From: Myxococcales bacterium
GTDB taxonomy: Bacteria > Myxococcota_A > Polyangia > Polyangiales > Houyiibacteriaceae
Reading direction: 5' to 3'
Assembly: GCA_020430775.1 (NCBI GenBank)
Contig: JAGQJE010000333.1
Span: 1-55,328, forward strand
Length of the DNA stretch: 55,328 nucleotides
Shown here: positions 42,353 to 51,601 of the stretch, in pieces
How the letters are laid out: each line of letters begins with the position of its first letter
How positions within the stretch are numbered: the stretch's first letter is position 1
Program-made: the position numbers and the translations under genes
The notes under the pieces: model-generated
What the model was told of the DNA's origin: nothing
Database searches by the model: none
Seen by the model: the letters and a program-made list of their open reading frames with translations, nothing else

Positions 42353-43543
42353 GTGGCGAAGCCGGAGACCAGCCCCCGAACGTACCGCGTCAGCGCCCGA
42401 GACAAGCAACCGCTCATCCGCTTCATGACCGACGCGCTTCACGCAGACGGCTGTCGCATCCTCTATTGCAGCCCGCCCAGCGAGGCGCCGACTCGCATCA
42501 CCTTCGAGACTGCGGACGGTGAGCGCTTCGGCATCGTCGCGTACGCGTTCTTGGCCAATCAGCGTCTCACCAAGAACCGCCCCGACGACGAGCACCGCTT
42601 GCAGGTCAAGTACGGTTCGAGGGACGGAAAGCTGCACGAACTCTGGCAAGACCCGTACGGCCTCTACACGACCTTGTTCTTGGGCATCAATCCGGAGCAG
42701 CGTTTCTTCGTCGGCGCTGACCCGGTTCTCCACAGCCCGACCAAGATGTTCATCTCGATCGAGTTCAAGCAGGAACAAGCCGACGCGATCCTGCAGACGG
42801 GCTGGCACGCGTGGGAGCGCAGCCGAAAGACCGCGGACGCAGGCCCGATCGAGGTGCTCGTTGGCGGCCGGCCGGAGCGCTTCCTCGACTACGTCCGCTT
42901 TGAACGTGACGCGCTCGCCGAGGATCAGGGTCACCGGCAGCTCCTCGCGGAGCGTGCGGGTCACTCGCCGCTGCGTCCAGTCGAGGCGTCGGCGAGTCAC
43001 CCGCCGGACCTCGTGCCGTCACCCGCTCGGTTGCACGACCTCGCGCGAGAGTTCGAGCTATCGCAGAGGGAGGTCATGGACCTCATCGAATCGGCGCCTC
43101 GACTCAAGATGGCCGTACGGGGATGGGTGGCGGAGGAGCACCTCTATCGACAGGTCCAAGGCGTGCCGGACGTCTCCGAGTGCAAACGAATCACCAAAGA
43201 GGGTGGCGCGGATATCGCGCTGCGCTTCCGAGGCGCCCCACTCACCATCGAGTGCAAGAACGTCCTGCGTAACACGACCGCCGCCGGCGTCGCGCGCGTC
43301 GACTTCCAGCGCACGCGTGCGTCGAAGGGCGACCCCTGCTCCCGCTACTACAGCCCGCGGGACTTCGACGTCGTCGCGGCCTGCCTGCACGCGGTCACCG
43401 AGCGATGGGAGTTTCGGTACGTGGTCCCCACGCGACTCGCTCCACACCAACGATGTCCTGGAAAACTTGGTAATAACGTGAGGTTGGATGAGCGGTGGAG
43501 GTCCGACGCGCACCGTGTATTCTCGGAGGCTGCTGGCCTGTAG
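42353..43543 (+). CDS. putative restriction endonuclease: unknown N-terminal domain + C-terminal PD-(D/E)XK nuclease domain
   Basis: Distal part of ORF 41684..43543. The start is uncertain (GTG 42353 or ATG 42425, no SD). The C-terminal E...GADIAL(x9)TIECKN fits PD-(D/E)XK. It lies immediately upstream of a C5-MTase, and its codon GC3 is visibly lower than in neighbouring genes. Confidence 0.6.
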   Translation: MAKPETSPRTYRVSARDKQPLIRFMTDALHADGCRILYCSPPSEAPTRITFETADGERFGIVAYAFLANQRLTKNRPDDEHRLQVKYGSRDGKLHELWQDPYGLYTTLFLGINPEQRFFVGADPVLHSPTKMFISIEFKQEQADAILQTGWHAWERSRKTADAGPIEVLVGGRPERFLDYVRFERDALAEDQGHRQLLAERAGHSPLRPVEASASHPPDLVPSPARLHDLAREFELSQREVMDLIESAPRLKMAVRGWVAEEHLYRQVQGVPDVSECKRITKEGGADIALRFRGAPLTIECKNVLRNTTAAGVARVDFQRTRASKGDPCSRYYSPRDFDVVAACLHAVTERWEFRYVVPTRLAPHQRCPGKLGNNVRLDERWRSDAHRVFSEAAGL

Positions 43544-43574
43544 CTCGCAAACCATGGTATACGGATGTTCAGTC

Positions 43575-44822
43575 ATGGAACGAAAGCCGACGATCATTAG
43601 CCTCTACACCGGCGCCGGCGGGCTGGACTACGGGTTCGAGGCGGCGGGGTTCCGCACTTCGGTCGCCGTCGAGATGAACCACGCCTCCTGCGAGACGCTC
43701 CGCCACAACCGCTCGTTCCCCGTCATCGAGCGCGATATCCACGACGTGCCCTCCTCGGAGATCCTAGAGACCGCCAAGGTCGATGTCGGCGAAGCGAGCC
43801 TCGTGATCGGCGGTCCGCCCTGCCAGCCCTTTTCGAAGTCCGGCTACTGGGCCACGGGGGATGCAGCCCGTCTCGATGATCCGCGCGCGGGCACGCTCGG
43901 CGCGTTCATGCGCGTCCTCGAAGACACGCTCCCACACGCATTCGTGCTCGAGAACGTCGGCGGGATGGCGTACGCGGGAAAGGCTGAAGGCGTCGCGTTC
44001 CTCCTGGACTGGGTCCGCGACATCAACCGACGAACCGGCAGCCACTACCAGCCCGTGTGCAGAGTCCTGCGTGCTGCGGACTACGGCGTCCCACAGGTCC
44101 GCGAGCGCTTCTTCATGGTCGCGGCGCGCGACGGGCAGACGTTTCGGTTTCCCGCTGCGACTCACGGTGCGGCCGACACGAACGGCCAGCTCGAGCTACG
44201 AGGTGCGCTCGAGCCGTACCGCACCGCGTGGGATGCACTAGGGGACCTCTGCGTGGAGCCCGCCGAGGATCTCGCCCCTCGCGGAAAATGGGCCGAGCTG
44301 CTCCCGTCGATTCCAGAGGGCGAGAACTACCTCTGGCACACCGAGCGCGGCGGCGGCCTCCCCCTCTTCGGGTGGCGGCGACGTTTTTGGTCGTTCCTCC
44401 TGAAGCTCGCGAAAGACCGTCCCTCCTGGACGCTACAGGCGCAGCCTGGTCCGGCGACGGGACCCTTCCACTGGGACAGCCGGCGCCTGAGCATGCGCGA
44501 GATGTGCCGGCTGCAGACCTTCCCAGACGACGTCGTGATTCAAGGCGGCCGCACCGCGATTCAGCGCCAGGTCGGCAACGCCGTGCCCTCTCTGCTCGCC
44601 GAGGTTCTCGGCCGCGCCATTCGCACGCAACTGCTCGGCGGGACGGCACCTCGAGAAGGACTTCGCCTCATGCCTCCGGTGCGCACACCGGTGCCCCAGC
44701 CCGTAACCCCAAGCCCCGTGCCCGACAGGTTCCGCCGCCTCGCCGGTGAGCACCCGGCCCATCCCGGCAAGGGCCAAGGCTACCGAGCCGCTCGCTGGCA
44801 CCAAGCACAAACGTCGAGCTAG
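43575..44822 (+). CDS. DNA (cytosine-5)-methyltransferase
   Basis: ORF 43488..44822 trimmed to ATG 43575. The C5-MTase motifs are LYTGAGGLDYGF (I), GGPPCQPFS (IV), ENV (VI), QVRERFF (VIII), REMCRLQTFPDD (IX) and QVGNAVP (X). Confidence 0.92.
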   Translation: MERKPTIISLYTGAGGLDYGFEAAGFRTSVAVEMNHASCETLRHNRSFPVIERDIHDVPSSEILETAKVDVGEASLVIGGPPCQPFSKSGYWATGDAARLDDPRAGTLGAFMRVLEDTLPHAFVLENVGGMAYAGKAEGVAFLLDWVRDINRRTGSHYQPVCRVLRAADYGVPQVRERFFMVAARDGQTFRFPAATHGAADTNGQLELRGALEPYRTAWDALGDLCVEPAEDLAPRGKWAELLPSIPEGENYLWHTERGGGLPLFGWRRRFWSFLLKLAKDRPSWTLQAQPGPATGPFHWDSRRLSMREMCRLQTFPDDVVIQGGRTAIQRQVGNAVPSLLAEVLGRAIRTQLLGGTAPREGLRLMPPVRTPVPQPVTPSPVPDRFRRLAGEHPAHPGKGQGYRAARWHQAQTSS

Positions 44823-44898
44823 CGCGGGCTTGGAGGTCGGGGTGTCGTTCGACCGCTGCGCGGGTCCGCTCGGACGCGTTGCCGCGCCCGGGGTGGAT

Positions 44899-44931
44899 GC
44901 CTCGAGGCGCGCGGGGCCCACGCCTCGAGGC
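44899..44931. repeat. two copies of the 10-bp palindrome GCCTCGAGGC separated by 13 nt (hairpin-capable)
   Basis: Copies are at 44899-44908 and 44922-44931. They lie downstream of the MTase stop. An A7 run follows at 44963-44969. Confidence 0.6.
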
Positions 44932-45077
44932 TGTCGCCGGACTGGCCCGGGCTGCGCGCGATAAAAAAAGCCTCCGTCGAATGCGTCGATTGTTGCACGA
45001 TGTCGTCGACACGAGCCGCGGACGCGGATTGGACGGCGTCGGTGAGCCGGGCCGCGCGGCGGCGGATGGAGGGCGTG

Positions 45078-46901
45078 ATGTCGAAGCAGGTACGGTGGAC
45101 GCTGCCGCTGTCGTTGGCGCTGGCGGTGTGGGGCTGCGGCAGCGGGTCGCCGGACGAGCCCTGCCCGGCGGGGACCTGGCGCGATCCTGGCGACTCGGCA
45201 GCCGAGTGCATGCCGTGGACCGAGTGCGTGGCCGGTGAGCACGTGACCGCCATGGGCACGGCGACCACGGACCAGACCTGCGCGATGTGTCCCTCGGGGA
45301 CCTACACCTCCGGCCCGAACCAATCGACCTGCGTCGAGGCGCAGGCCTGCGCGCCGGGCACGGTGCAGACGGCGGCGGGCACCGCGACGATGCCGGCCAC
45401 GTGCGAGGCGTGCAGCGCGGGCGAGTACTGCGCGGGAGGCAGCGCCGAGGCCGCCCAGTGCGCCGAGGGAGCCTGGGACCACGACTCCGATCCGGCGACG
45501 ATGTGCGTATCGCAGATGACCTGCCTCGCGGGGACCTACGTCGACGTCGAGGGCAGCGCCACGGCAGACCGAGCCTGCGCTCCGTGCGCGCAGGGTCAGT
45601 ACAGCGCGACGAGCAACGCCGCGAGCTGCGCACCTTGGACCGAGTGCGCGGCGGACGCCGTGGAAGATGTGGCGGCGACGTCGACGATGGACAGGGTCTG
45701 CGTCCGCGATCCCTGGACAGACCAGCTCGGGTCGGCGAACGCCGACTACGCCAACTCCGTGCGCGTCGGCGGGGACGGCAGCGTCGTCGTGGCGGGCGAC
45801 TCCTACGGCGCGCTTCCAGGCCAGACGGCGGTCGGCGAGGCGGATGGGTTCTTGCGCAAGTACGGCGCGGACCACGTGGCGGTCTGGACGCGGCAGTTCG
45901 GCTCGACCGCCGCCGAGCTCGTCACCTCGGTGGCGATCGACGGCGTCGGGAACATCGTGATCGCCGGCCAAACGAGCGGCACCCTGCCGGGGCAGACCTC
46001 CGCGGGTGGCGTGGACGCGTTCGTGCGGAAGTACGACGCGGACGGCGCGGAGGTGTGGACGCGGCAGTTCGGCTCCACCGGAGACGACAGCGCGAGCTCC
46101 GTCAGCGTCGACACGGACGGCGCCGTCGTGGTGTCGGGGGACACGAGCGGCACCCTGCCGGGGCAGACCTCCGCGGGCGGCACGGACGCGTTCGTGCAGA
46201 AGTACGACGCAGACGGCGCGGAGGTGTGGACGCGGCAGTTTGGCTCCGCCGGAGACGACAGCGCGAGCTCGGCGACCGTCGGCAACGACGGCAGCGTCGT
46301 TGTCGCGGGCCAGACGGGTGCGTCGCTGGTCCAGGACGCCTCCGCCGGCGGGGCGGACGCCTTCGTGCGCAAGTACGACGCGGACGGCGCGGAGGTGTGG
46401 ACGCGGCAGTTCGGCTCCACCGGAGACGACAGCGCGAGCTCCGTCAGCGTGGGGAGCAACGGGAGCGTCGTCGTCGCGGGCGGAGCTGGTATGGCGCTGC
46501 CGGGTGAGACGGCCCTCGGCAACGGAGACGCGTTCGTGCGCAAGTACAACTCGGACGGCGCCGTGGCGTGGACCCGGCAGTTTGGTACGGCGGACTTCGA
46601 CGTCGCGAGCTCGGTGCGCGTCGGCGGCGACGGCCGGGTGGTAGTCGGCGGCACGACGAACGCGGCGCTGCCCGGGCACACGGCGCTCGGCGGCGCGGAC
46701 GGGTTCGTCTGGACCTCCGACGCGGACGGGGTGGTGGACTGGACGCGGCAGCTCGGGTCCGCGGCGACGGACAACGTGGCGTCCCTCGCCCTCGATGGCG
46801 ACGGGGACGTCTTCGTGGCCGGCAACACGAACGGGACGTTGCCGGGTCAGACACCCTCCGGCAGCTTCGACGCCTTCGTGATGCAGGTCGCCGCGCCGTG
46901 A
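45078..46901 (+). CDS. lipoprotein with TNFR/ephrin-receptor-like cysteine-rich repeats and seven SBBP-type beta-propeller repeats
   Basis: ATG 45078, with ATG 45066 as the alternative. The lipobox is LAVWGC. The N-terminal ~200 aa carry C.(A/S)G.Y...C..W..C..G repeats. They are followed by 7 units of ...DAFVRKYDADGAEVWTRQFGS.GDDSA.SV.V...G.VVV.G.T.G.LPGQT... Confidence 0.85.
   Translation: MSKQVRWTLPLSLALAVWGCGSGSPDEPCPAGTWRDPGDSAAECMPWTECVAGEHVTAMGTATTDQTCAMCPSGTYTSGPNQSTCVEAQACAPGTVQTAAGTATMPATCEACSAGEYCAGGSAEAAQCAEGAWDHDSDPATMCVSQMTCLAGTYVDVEGSATADRACAPCAQGQYSATSNAASCAPWTECAADAVEDVAATSTMDRVCVRDPWTDQLGSANADYANSVRVGGDGSVVVAGDSYGALPGQTAVGEADGFLRKYGADHVAVWTRQFGSTAAELVTSVAIDGVGNIVIAGQTSGTLPGQTSAGGVDAFVRKYDADGAEVWTRQFGSTGDDSASSVSVDTDGAVVVSGDTSGTLPGQTSAGGTDAFVQKYDADGAEVWTRQFGSAGDDSASSATVGNDGSVVVAGQTGASLVQDASAGGADAFVRKYDADGAEVWTRQFGSTGDDSASSVSVGSNGSVVVAGGAGMALPGETALGNGDAFVRKYNSDGAVAWTRQFGTADFDVASSVRVGGDGRVVVGGTTNAALPGHTALGGADGFVWTSDADGVVDWTRQLGSAATDNVASLALDGDGDVFVAGNTNGTLPGQTPSGSFDAFVMQVAAP
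45846..46871 (+). repeat. 171-nt (57-codon) periodic tandem repeat array inside the SBBP lipoprotein gene
   Basis: Unit landmarks occur at 45846, 46017, 46188, 46359, 46530, 46701 and 46872, exactly 171 nt apart. The units starting at 46017 and 46359 are almost identical over ~85 nt. Confidence 0.85.
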
Positions 46902-47116
46902 GCTCGTAGCCGCTCCGGCTCACAGACGGTTTCCAGAGACGGGACTGCCCTCCGCTGCGAGCCCTTTTGGCGCCATGCTGCGGGCGGGCTCGCAGTACGA
47001 CCGCGCCGCCGTCGCCGGACGGGAGGCCGATGGTGATACGTGCGTGCGTGCTGGACGATCGCCCTGTGTCACGCCCCCGGCACTCGCGACCGTCCCCGTG
47101 CCCGCGCCGCGGGGGC

Positions 47117-49036
47117 CTACGGGGTCGTGATGGGAAAGCTCGGGTCCGGGCGGTCGAGCCAGGTCGTCAGCCGCGCGAACGCGTCCGGGTCTCCGTCGGT
47201 GCGGACCCCTGGGGCGACGCCGAAGCCGCCGAGGGCCACGATGAGCTCGAGCTTGCTCAGGGTGACCGTGGCGTCGGCGTCGTCGAGGTGCGCGCCGTCG
47301 CGGTGGTGCAGGACCGAGCGCTCTACCCACAGCGCGTGCCGCTCGTCCGCGCGGCCCTGCCCGAGGTCGGTCACGACGAGGTTCAGCGCGAGGCGCGCGC
47401 CCGCGCAGGCGTCAGGGTCGAGGCGGAGCGCGAGCGCGTCGAGCAGCATCGACACCTCGATGGCGCGCACCAGGTCGAGGGAGCGCAGCTCGACCGCGCG
47501 GCCCGCGCTCGGGACGCCGTGGCGCAGCTCGTGGGCGCCGCCGAGGTAGAAGTTGCGCCACACGGCCGACTCCGCCGCGTACCCGAGCTGCTCGTAGGTG
47601 TCGGCGAGCAGCGCCTTCGCCCGCGCGGTCACCGCGTCCTCGCCCTGCGGGTCGGCGAAGACGACGCGGCTCAGCACCTCGGCGACCCAGCGGTACTCGC
47701 CCGCCTCGAAGTCCGTCCGCGCCCTCGCGACGACCGCGCCGGCGCCTCCCATGTACGAGACGTACTTCGCCGCCGCGGCCACCGGCGGGAGCGGGTGCAG
47801 GTCCGCGGGGTTCCCGGAGAACCACCCGAGGTAGCGCTGGTAGACGGCCTTGACGTTGTGGTTGACCGTCCCGTAGTACGGCCGGTTGCACCACTCGGAG
47901 GCGAGCGCCTCGGGCAAGCGCACCGCCTCCGCGCACTCGAGCATGGTCAGCCCTTTGTTCGCGTGGCGCAGGGTCTGGTCGTGCAGGTACTTGTAGAGGT
48001 CGCGCTGCGTCGCGAGGTAGCGCATCGACGCCTCGGCGCCCCAGACCGGCCAGTGGTGGCTCGTGAAGACCAGGTCGGTCTTGCCCTCGTAGCGCACGAT
48101 GGACTCGTCGAGGTACTTCGCCCACGCGAGCGCGTCCCGCACCTGCGCCCCGCGCAGCGTGTAGAGGTTGTGCAGGTTGTGCGTGCAGTTCTCGGCCATG
48201 CAGAGCGCACGAAGCTCCGGAAACCAGAAGTTCATCTCGGCGGGCGCCTCAGTGCCCGGCGTGAGCTGAAACTCGATCTCGACGCCGTCGACCGTGCGCC
48301 GCTCGCCGGTCTCGGTGATCGTGTCGGTCGGGTGGATGAGGCTCACCGTGCCGAGGGAGTGGGTCTTGCCGAGCCCCGCGTCGACCTGTCCCCGCGGGCC
48401 TCGCGGGAGCGCCGCCCCGTACATGAGCTGCGCGCGGCGGTTCATCGCCACGCCCGCGAAGACGTTCTCCGAGACGGCCGCCTCGACCATCCCGATGGGC
48501 GCGATCACGCGACAGCGCCCCGCGGCGACGTCGTCCTCGGTCGTGACGCCCTTCACGCCGCCGAAGTGGTCGACGTGGCTGTGCGTATAGACGACGGCGG
48601 TCACGGGGCGGTCGCCGAGGTGCGCGCGCGCGAGCGCCATCGCCTCCGCCGCGCACTCGACCGAGATGAGCGGATCGATGACGATGAACCCCTGCTCGCC
48701 CTCGACGATCGTGAGCTCCGACAGATCGAACCCGCGGAGCTGGTGGATGCGATCGGCGATCGTGAAGAGCCCCGCCTCGTTGTTGAGCCGCGCCTGTCGC
48801 CAGAGCGAGGGGTTCACCGTGTCGGGCGCGTCCTCGGCGTCGAGGAAGGCGTAGCCGTCGAGGCTCCACGCGGGCTCGCGGCCCGGCCCCCCGATCGACG
48901 CGCGCTCGGGCCGCGCGACCAGGCCGCGCCGGGCGCGCTCCCAGTCCTCGCGGTCGCCCCAGTCCATCGGCGACTCGTCACGGAACCGCCGCTGCGCCGC
49001 GACGGTGTGCGCGGTCGCCTCCTTCGGCTCGGTCAC
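47117..49036 (-). CDS. alkyl/aryl-sulfatase (metallo-beta-lactamase fold, SdsA1/BDS1-like)
   Basis: ORF 47117..49090 trimmed to GTG 49036, 8 nt after the upstream gene stop. It has the MBL motif THSHVDHFGG, a dimerisation region and a C-terminal SCP2-like region. Confidence 0.85.
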   Translation of the reverse strand: MTEPKEATAHTVAAQRRFRDESPMDWGDREDWERARRGLVARPERASIGGPGREPAWSLDGYAFLDAEDAPDTVNPSLWRQARLNNEAGLFTIADRIHQLRGFDLSELTIVEGEQGFIVIDPLISVECAAEAMALARAHLGDRPVTAVVYTHSHVDHFGGVKGVTTEDDVAAGRCRVIAPIGMVEAAVSENVFAGVAMNRRAQLMYGAALPRGPRGQVDAGLGKTHSLGTVSLIHPTDTITETGERRTVDGVEIEFQLTPGTEAPAEMNFWFPELRALCMAENCTHNLHNLYTLRGAQVRDALAWAKYLDESIVRYEGKTDLVFTSHHWPVWGAEASMRYLATQRDLYKYLHDQTLRHANKGLTMLECAEAVRLPEALASEWCNRPYYGTVNHNVKAVYQRYLGWFSGNPADLHPLPPVAAAAKYVSYMGGAGAVVARARTDFEAGEYRWVAEVLSRVVFADPQGEDAVTARAKALLADTYEQLGYAAESAVWRNFYLGGAHELRHGVPSAGRAVELRSLDLVRAIEVSMLLDALALRLDPDACAGARLALNLVVTDLGQGRADERHALWVERSVLHHRDGAHLDDADATVTLSKLELIVALGGFGVAPGVRTDGDPDAFARLTTWLDRPDPSFPITTP

Positions 49037-49044
49037 GCCTCGAC

Positions 49045-51447
49045 CTACTCCTCGCGGATCGCCGCGCCGCGCGCCTCTGCCTTTTCCCACATGCGAATGT
49101 ACCCCTCGGCCGACTTGAAGAGCGGCTCGAGCTCTTCGTCGGTGACGCCGTCGCGCCGCACGTCTTCGATGTACTCGGCGACCAGCCCGATGTGGACCAG
49201 GCCCTCCGTGTTGAAGTCGATCGTGCGGTTGCCGACGGTCGGCTGCGTGAACGTGACGTCGCCCGCGTACGACTTGAACGGGTAGGTGATGGGATGGCTC
49301 TGCGGGTCGCTGCAGTGGGCTCGGTCGCCGAAGCGCGGCCCCGGCGCGCCGGCGAAGCCGTTCAGGTCGAAGCCGAAGCCCTCAGCCGGGAACGCGCCCT
49401 CGTCGCGCGCCAACTGGACGCGTCGCTGGTAGTTGTCGTCCATCGTCGCGGGCGTGCTGGCCGAGGCGCACCGCCCGAAGCCGGAGTCCGACACGCCGCC
49501 GAGGGCGTACATCTCGCCGTTGTAGTTGTTGCCGTGCGAGCCCACCGCCGGGTAGTCGTTCGCCTCGAGGATCTCCATCGCGCGCCTCCGTGACAGTCGC
49601 GGCATGTGATCGACCTCGATGAGCATCCCGCGCTTCATCATCTCGGCCATCAGGAATTCCCCGAGGCTCGTCAGGCCTGCGCTTTGGCAGTAGTCGCCCG
49701 TCAAAGGAGGCGCGCTGAGGATCTCGACCACGTCGTTGATGGTCGACACGCCGTCGATCCCCGTGACCAGCACGTTGATCGGGTTCGCCATGAAGCCGGC
49801 GAAGTCATTGGGCGGCGGCGCGTCGTATTGCGCGCGGGGCATGTTCAGGCCGCCGAAGGGCACGTCCCCGCCGTCGAAATTGCGCGGGACATCTGCGACA
49901 CCGAGGTCCGCGCACAGCCTGTAATTGCTCCAGTCCCCGCTCTGTATCATGTTCCCGAGGTCCATGATCCCGCGGTGTCCGTCGCCGGCGGAGAACCCGT
50001 TGTCGAACTTGTGCACCGGAAAGAGCGCGCGCAGGCCCTTCGCATAGTATTCGTCCAGCTTCGCGACGACGTCCGCCTCGGTGCACCGTGAGTACCCCTC
50101 GGGCGGGTTCAAGAAGCAGTCGAAGAGCACCGAGGTCTCGATGCCGAGCACGACGGCCAGCTTGCCGTCGGCGATGACCTCACGCGCCTGCGCGGGCGAG
50201 GTGACGATCCGGAACCACCCCTTGCCGCGGCCGCCGTGCAGCGCGTCGACGTAGCGCTCGAGCGCCTTGGTCTCTTCGACGATTCGGTCGACCGCGACCA
50301 TGTCGTTGCACGAGTACCGCTGCGGTTGCGTCCCAAGCCCGACGAGGAGCTCACACAAGACGTGGTTGGTCGTCGCGTGCTGCACCAGGAGCCGAAGCCC
50401 GCTCATGTACGCGCGCTCGACCCACTTGTAATACATCATCTGGTGGGTCGGGCTGCGCACCGCGTCCGGCCAGGACTTGAAGTCCGGGTAACCCGACGTG
50501 TCGTGCGGGACCGGCGACTTCAAGGTCAACAGCAGCGAGAGCAGGTCCATCGTGGTCAGCCCGCCGAGGTTGCCAAACGCGAACCCGAGCAGGTCCTTCT
50601 CGCCGTGGACGCCGTGGAAGGGCTCGCAGTCGGGGAGCGCGTGCTCGACGCCCAGGCGGTGAAAGGGCGCGCCATGGAAGATGCCGCCGCCGCCGAACGC
50701 GAAGTTCGAGAACATGTGCTCGTGCATGTCGACGAAGCCGAAGAGGGACCCGTCATCGAAGGTCTTGGGCGTGACCGTCCCCTCGGCGTCGACCGTCAGC
50801 TCCGGAAACGTCGCGCAGTCCGACTGCTCGAAGAACAGGATCTCCGCGGCGTCCGAGATGCCGACGAGCGTCCCCTCTGCGGAGAGGTATCCGCCAGAGC
50901 GATGATGCCTCAGCCGGAAGCGGCTCGGGTCGTCGGTCGACACCACGAGGTCCCACTCGCCCTCCGACTGGAACGAGTCGTCGATGGTGGTGACACCGGC
51001 GTCGCTGACCGTCGTGTCGCTGAGCAGCTCCGGGCGACGCTGTAGTCCGGCGTCATCCAGAGACACGAGGTAGCGCTTTGCCTCGTCGTAGAGGAGGTAC
51101 GTGCCGAGGTCGGCCGGCCGCATCCGAAAGCGCGAGGCGGCGTCGAGGGTGGTCGCCGACACCTCGAACCCGTCACCACCTCCGGACGCGGCGAGGTACT
51201 TCGACGTGCCGACGACGCCGATCGAGTAGCACCCGGTCGCGTAGCTGTAGATGGTGCCGGCGGTCGCAGCGGGGAACCTGTCCGGCGGTGTGCCGCCGTC
51301 GGGTGCGCCGGCGTCGGGTGCGCCGGCGTCGGGTCGGCCGGCGTCCGGGGTACCGGAGTCGGGCTGCAGCGGAGCGCCGTCGTCACCGCAGCCAGCGAAG
51401 AACAAGGCCAAGCAGACGAAGGCGAACAAGGAGCGAGAACCACGCAT
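49045..51447 (-). CDS. secreted lipoprotein: beta-trefoil-like N-domain + metal-dependent (dipeptidase/amidohydrolase-like) TIM-barrel hydrolase
   Basis: ORF 49045..51519 trimmed to ATG 51447. The lipobox is LFFAGC, followed by a PDAG repeat linker. It has the motif FVDMHEHMF and a later ...IEVDHM... motif. The family assignment is tentative. Confidence 0.7.
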   Translation of the reverse strand: MRGSRSLFAFVCLALFFAGCGDDGAPLQPDSGTPDAGRPDAGAPDAGAPDGGTPPDRFPAATAGTIYSYATGCYSIGVVGTSKYLAASGGGDGFEVSATTLDAASRFRMRPADLGTYLLYDEAKRYLVSLDDAGLQRRPELLSDTTVSDAGVTTIDDSFQSEGEWDLVVSTDDPSRFRLRHHRSGGYLSAEGTLVGISDAAEILFFEQSDCATFPELTVDAEGTVTPKTFDDGSLFGFVDMHEHMFSNFAFGGGGIFHGAPFHRLGVEHALPDCEPFHGVHGEKDLLGFAFGNLGGLTTMDLLSLLLTLKSPVPHDTSGYPDFKSWPDAVRSPTHQMMYYKWVERAYMSGLRLLVQHATTNHVLCELLVGLGTQPQRYSCNDMVAVDRIVEETKALERYVDALHGGRGKGWFRIVTSPAQAREVIADGKLAVVLGIETSVLFDCFLNPPEGYSRCTEADVVAKLDEYYAKGLRALFPVHKFDNGFSAGDGHRGIMDLGNMIQSGDWSNYRLCADLGVADVPRNFDGGDVPFGGLNMPRAQYDAPPPNDFAGFMANPINVLVTGIDGVSTINDVVEILSAPPLTGDYCQSAGLTSLGEFLMAEMMKRGMLIEVDHMPRLSRRRAMEILEANDYPAVGSHGNNYNGEMYALGGVSDSGFGRCASASTPATMDDNYQRRVQLARDEGAFPAEGFGFDLNGFAGAPGPRFGDRAHCSDPQSHPITYPFKSYAGDVTFTQPTVGNRTIDFNTEGLVHIGLVAEYIEDVRRDGVTDEELEPLFKSAEGYIRMWEKAEARGAAIREE

Positions 51448-51601
51448 CGCGACAGGGTACCCGAGAACGCGGACGCCCAGCACGCGCAGATGCCACAAAA
51501 GGGGCGCGGACACGCTCAACTGGTGGCCTCGCGTGTTGCCGCGTCGCCGCCGATGCGCGTCCGGCGCGCGCTATCGAAGCAGAGAGCGCGCAGACGCAGG
51601 G

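Noticed and set aside
44433-46679. 748-aa minus-strand ORF
   Set aside because: It is antisense to the methyltransferase 3' end and the SBBP lipoprotein gene. Its apparent repeats only mirror the sense-strand repeats.
51480-51495. TGGCAT-N6-GTGC on the minus strand upstream of the hydrolase lipoprotein gene
   Set aside because: The GG-to-GC spacing is one nucleotide too long. Sigma54 promoters do not tolerate that spacing.
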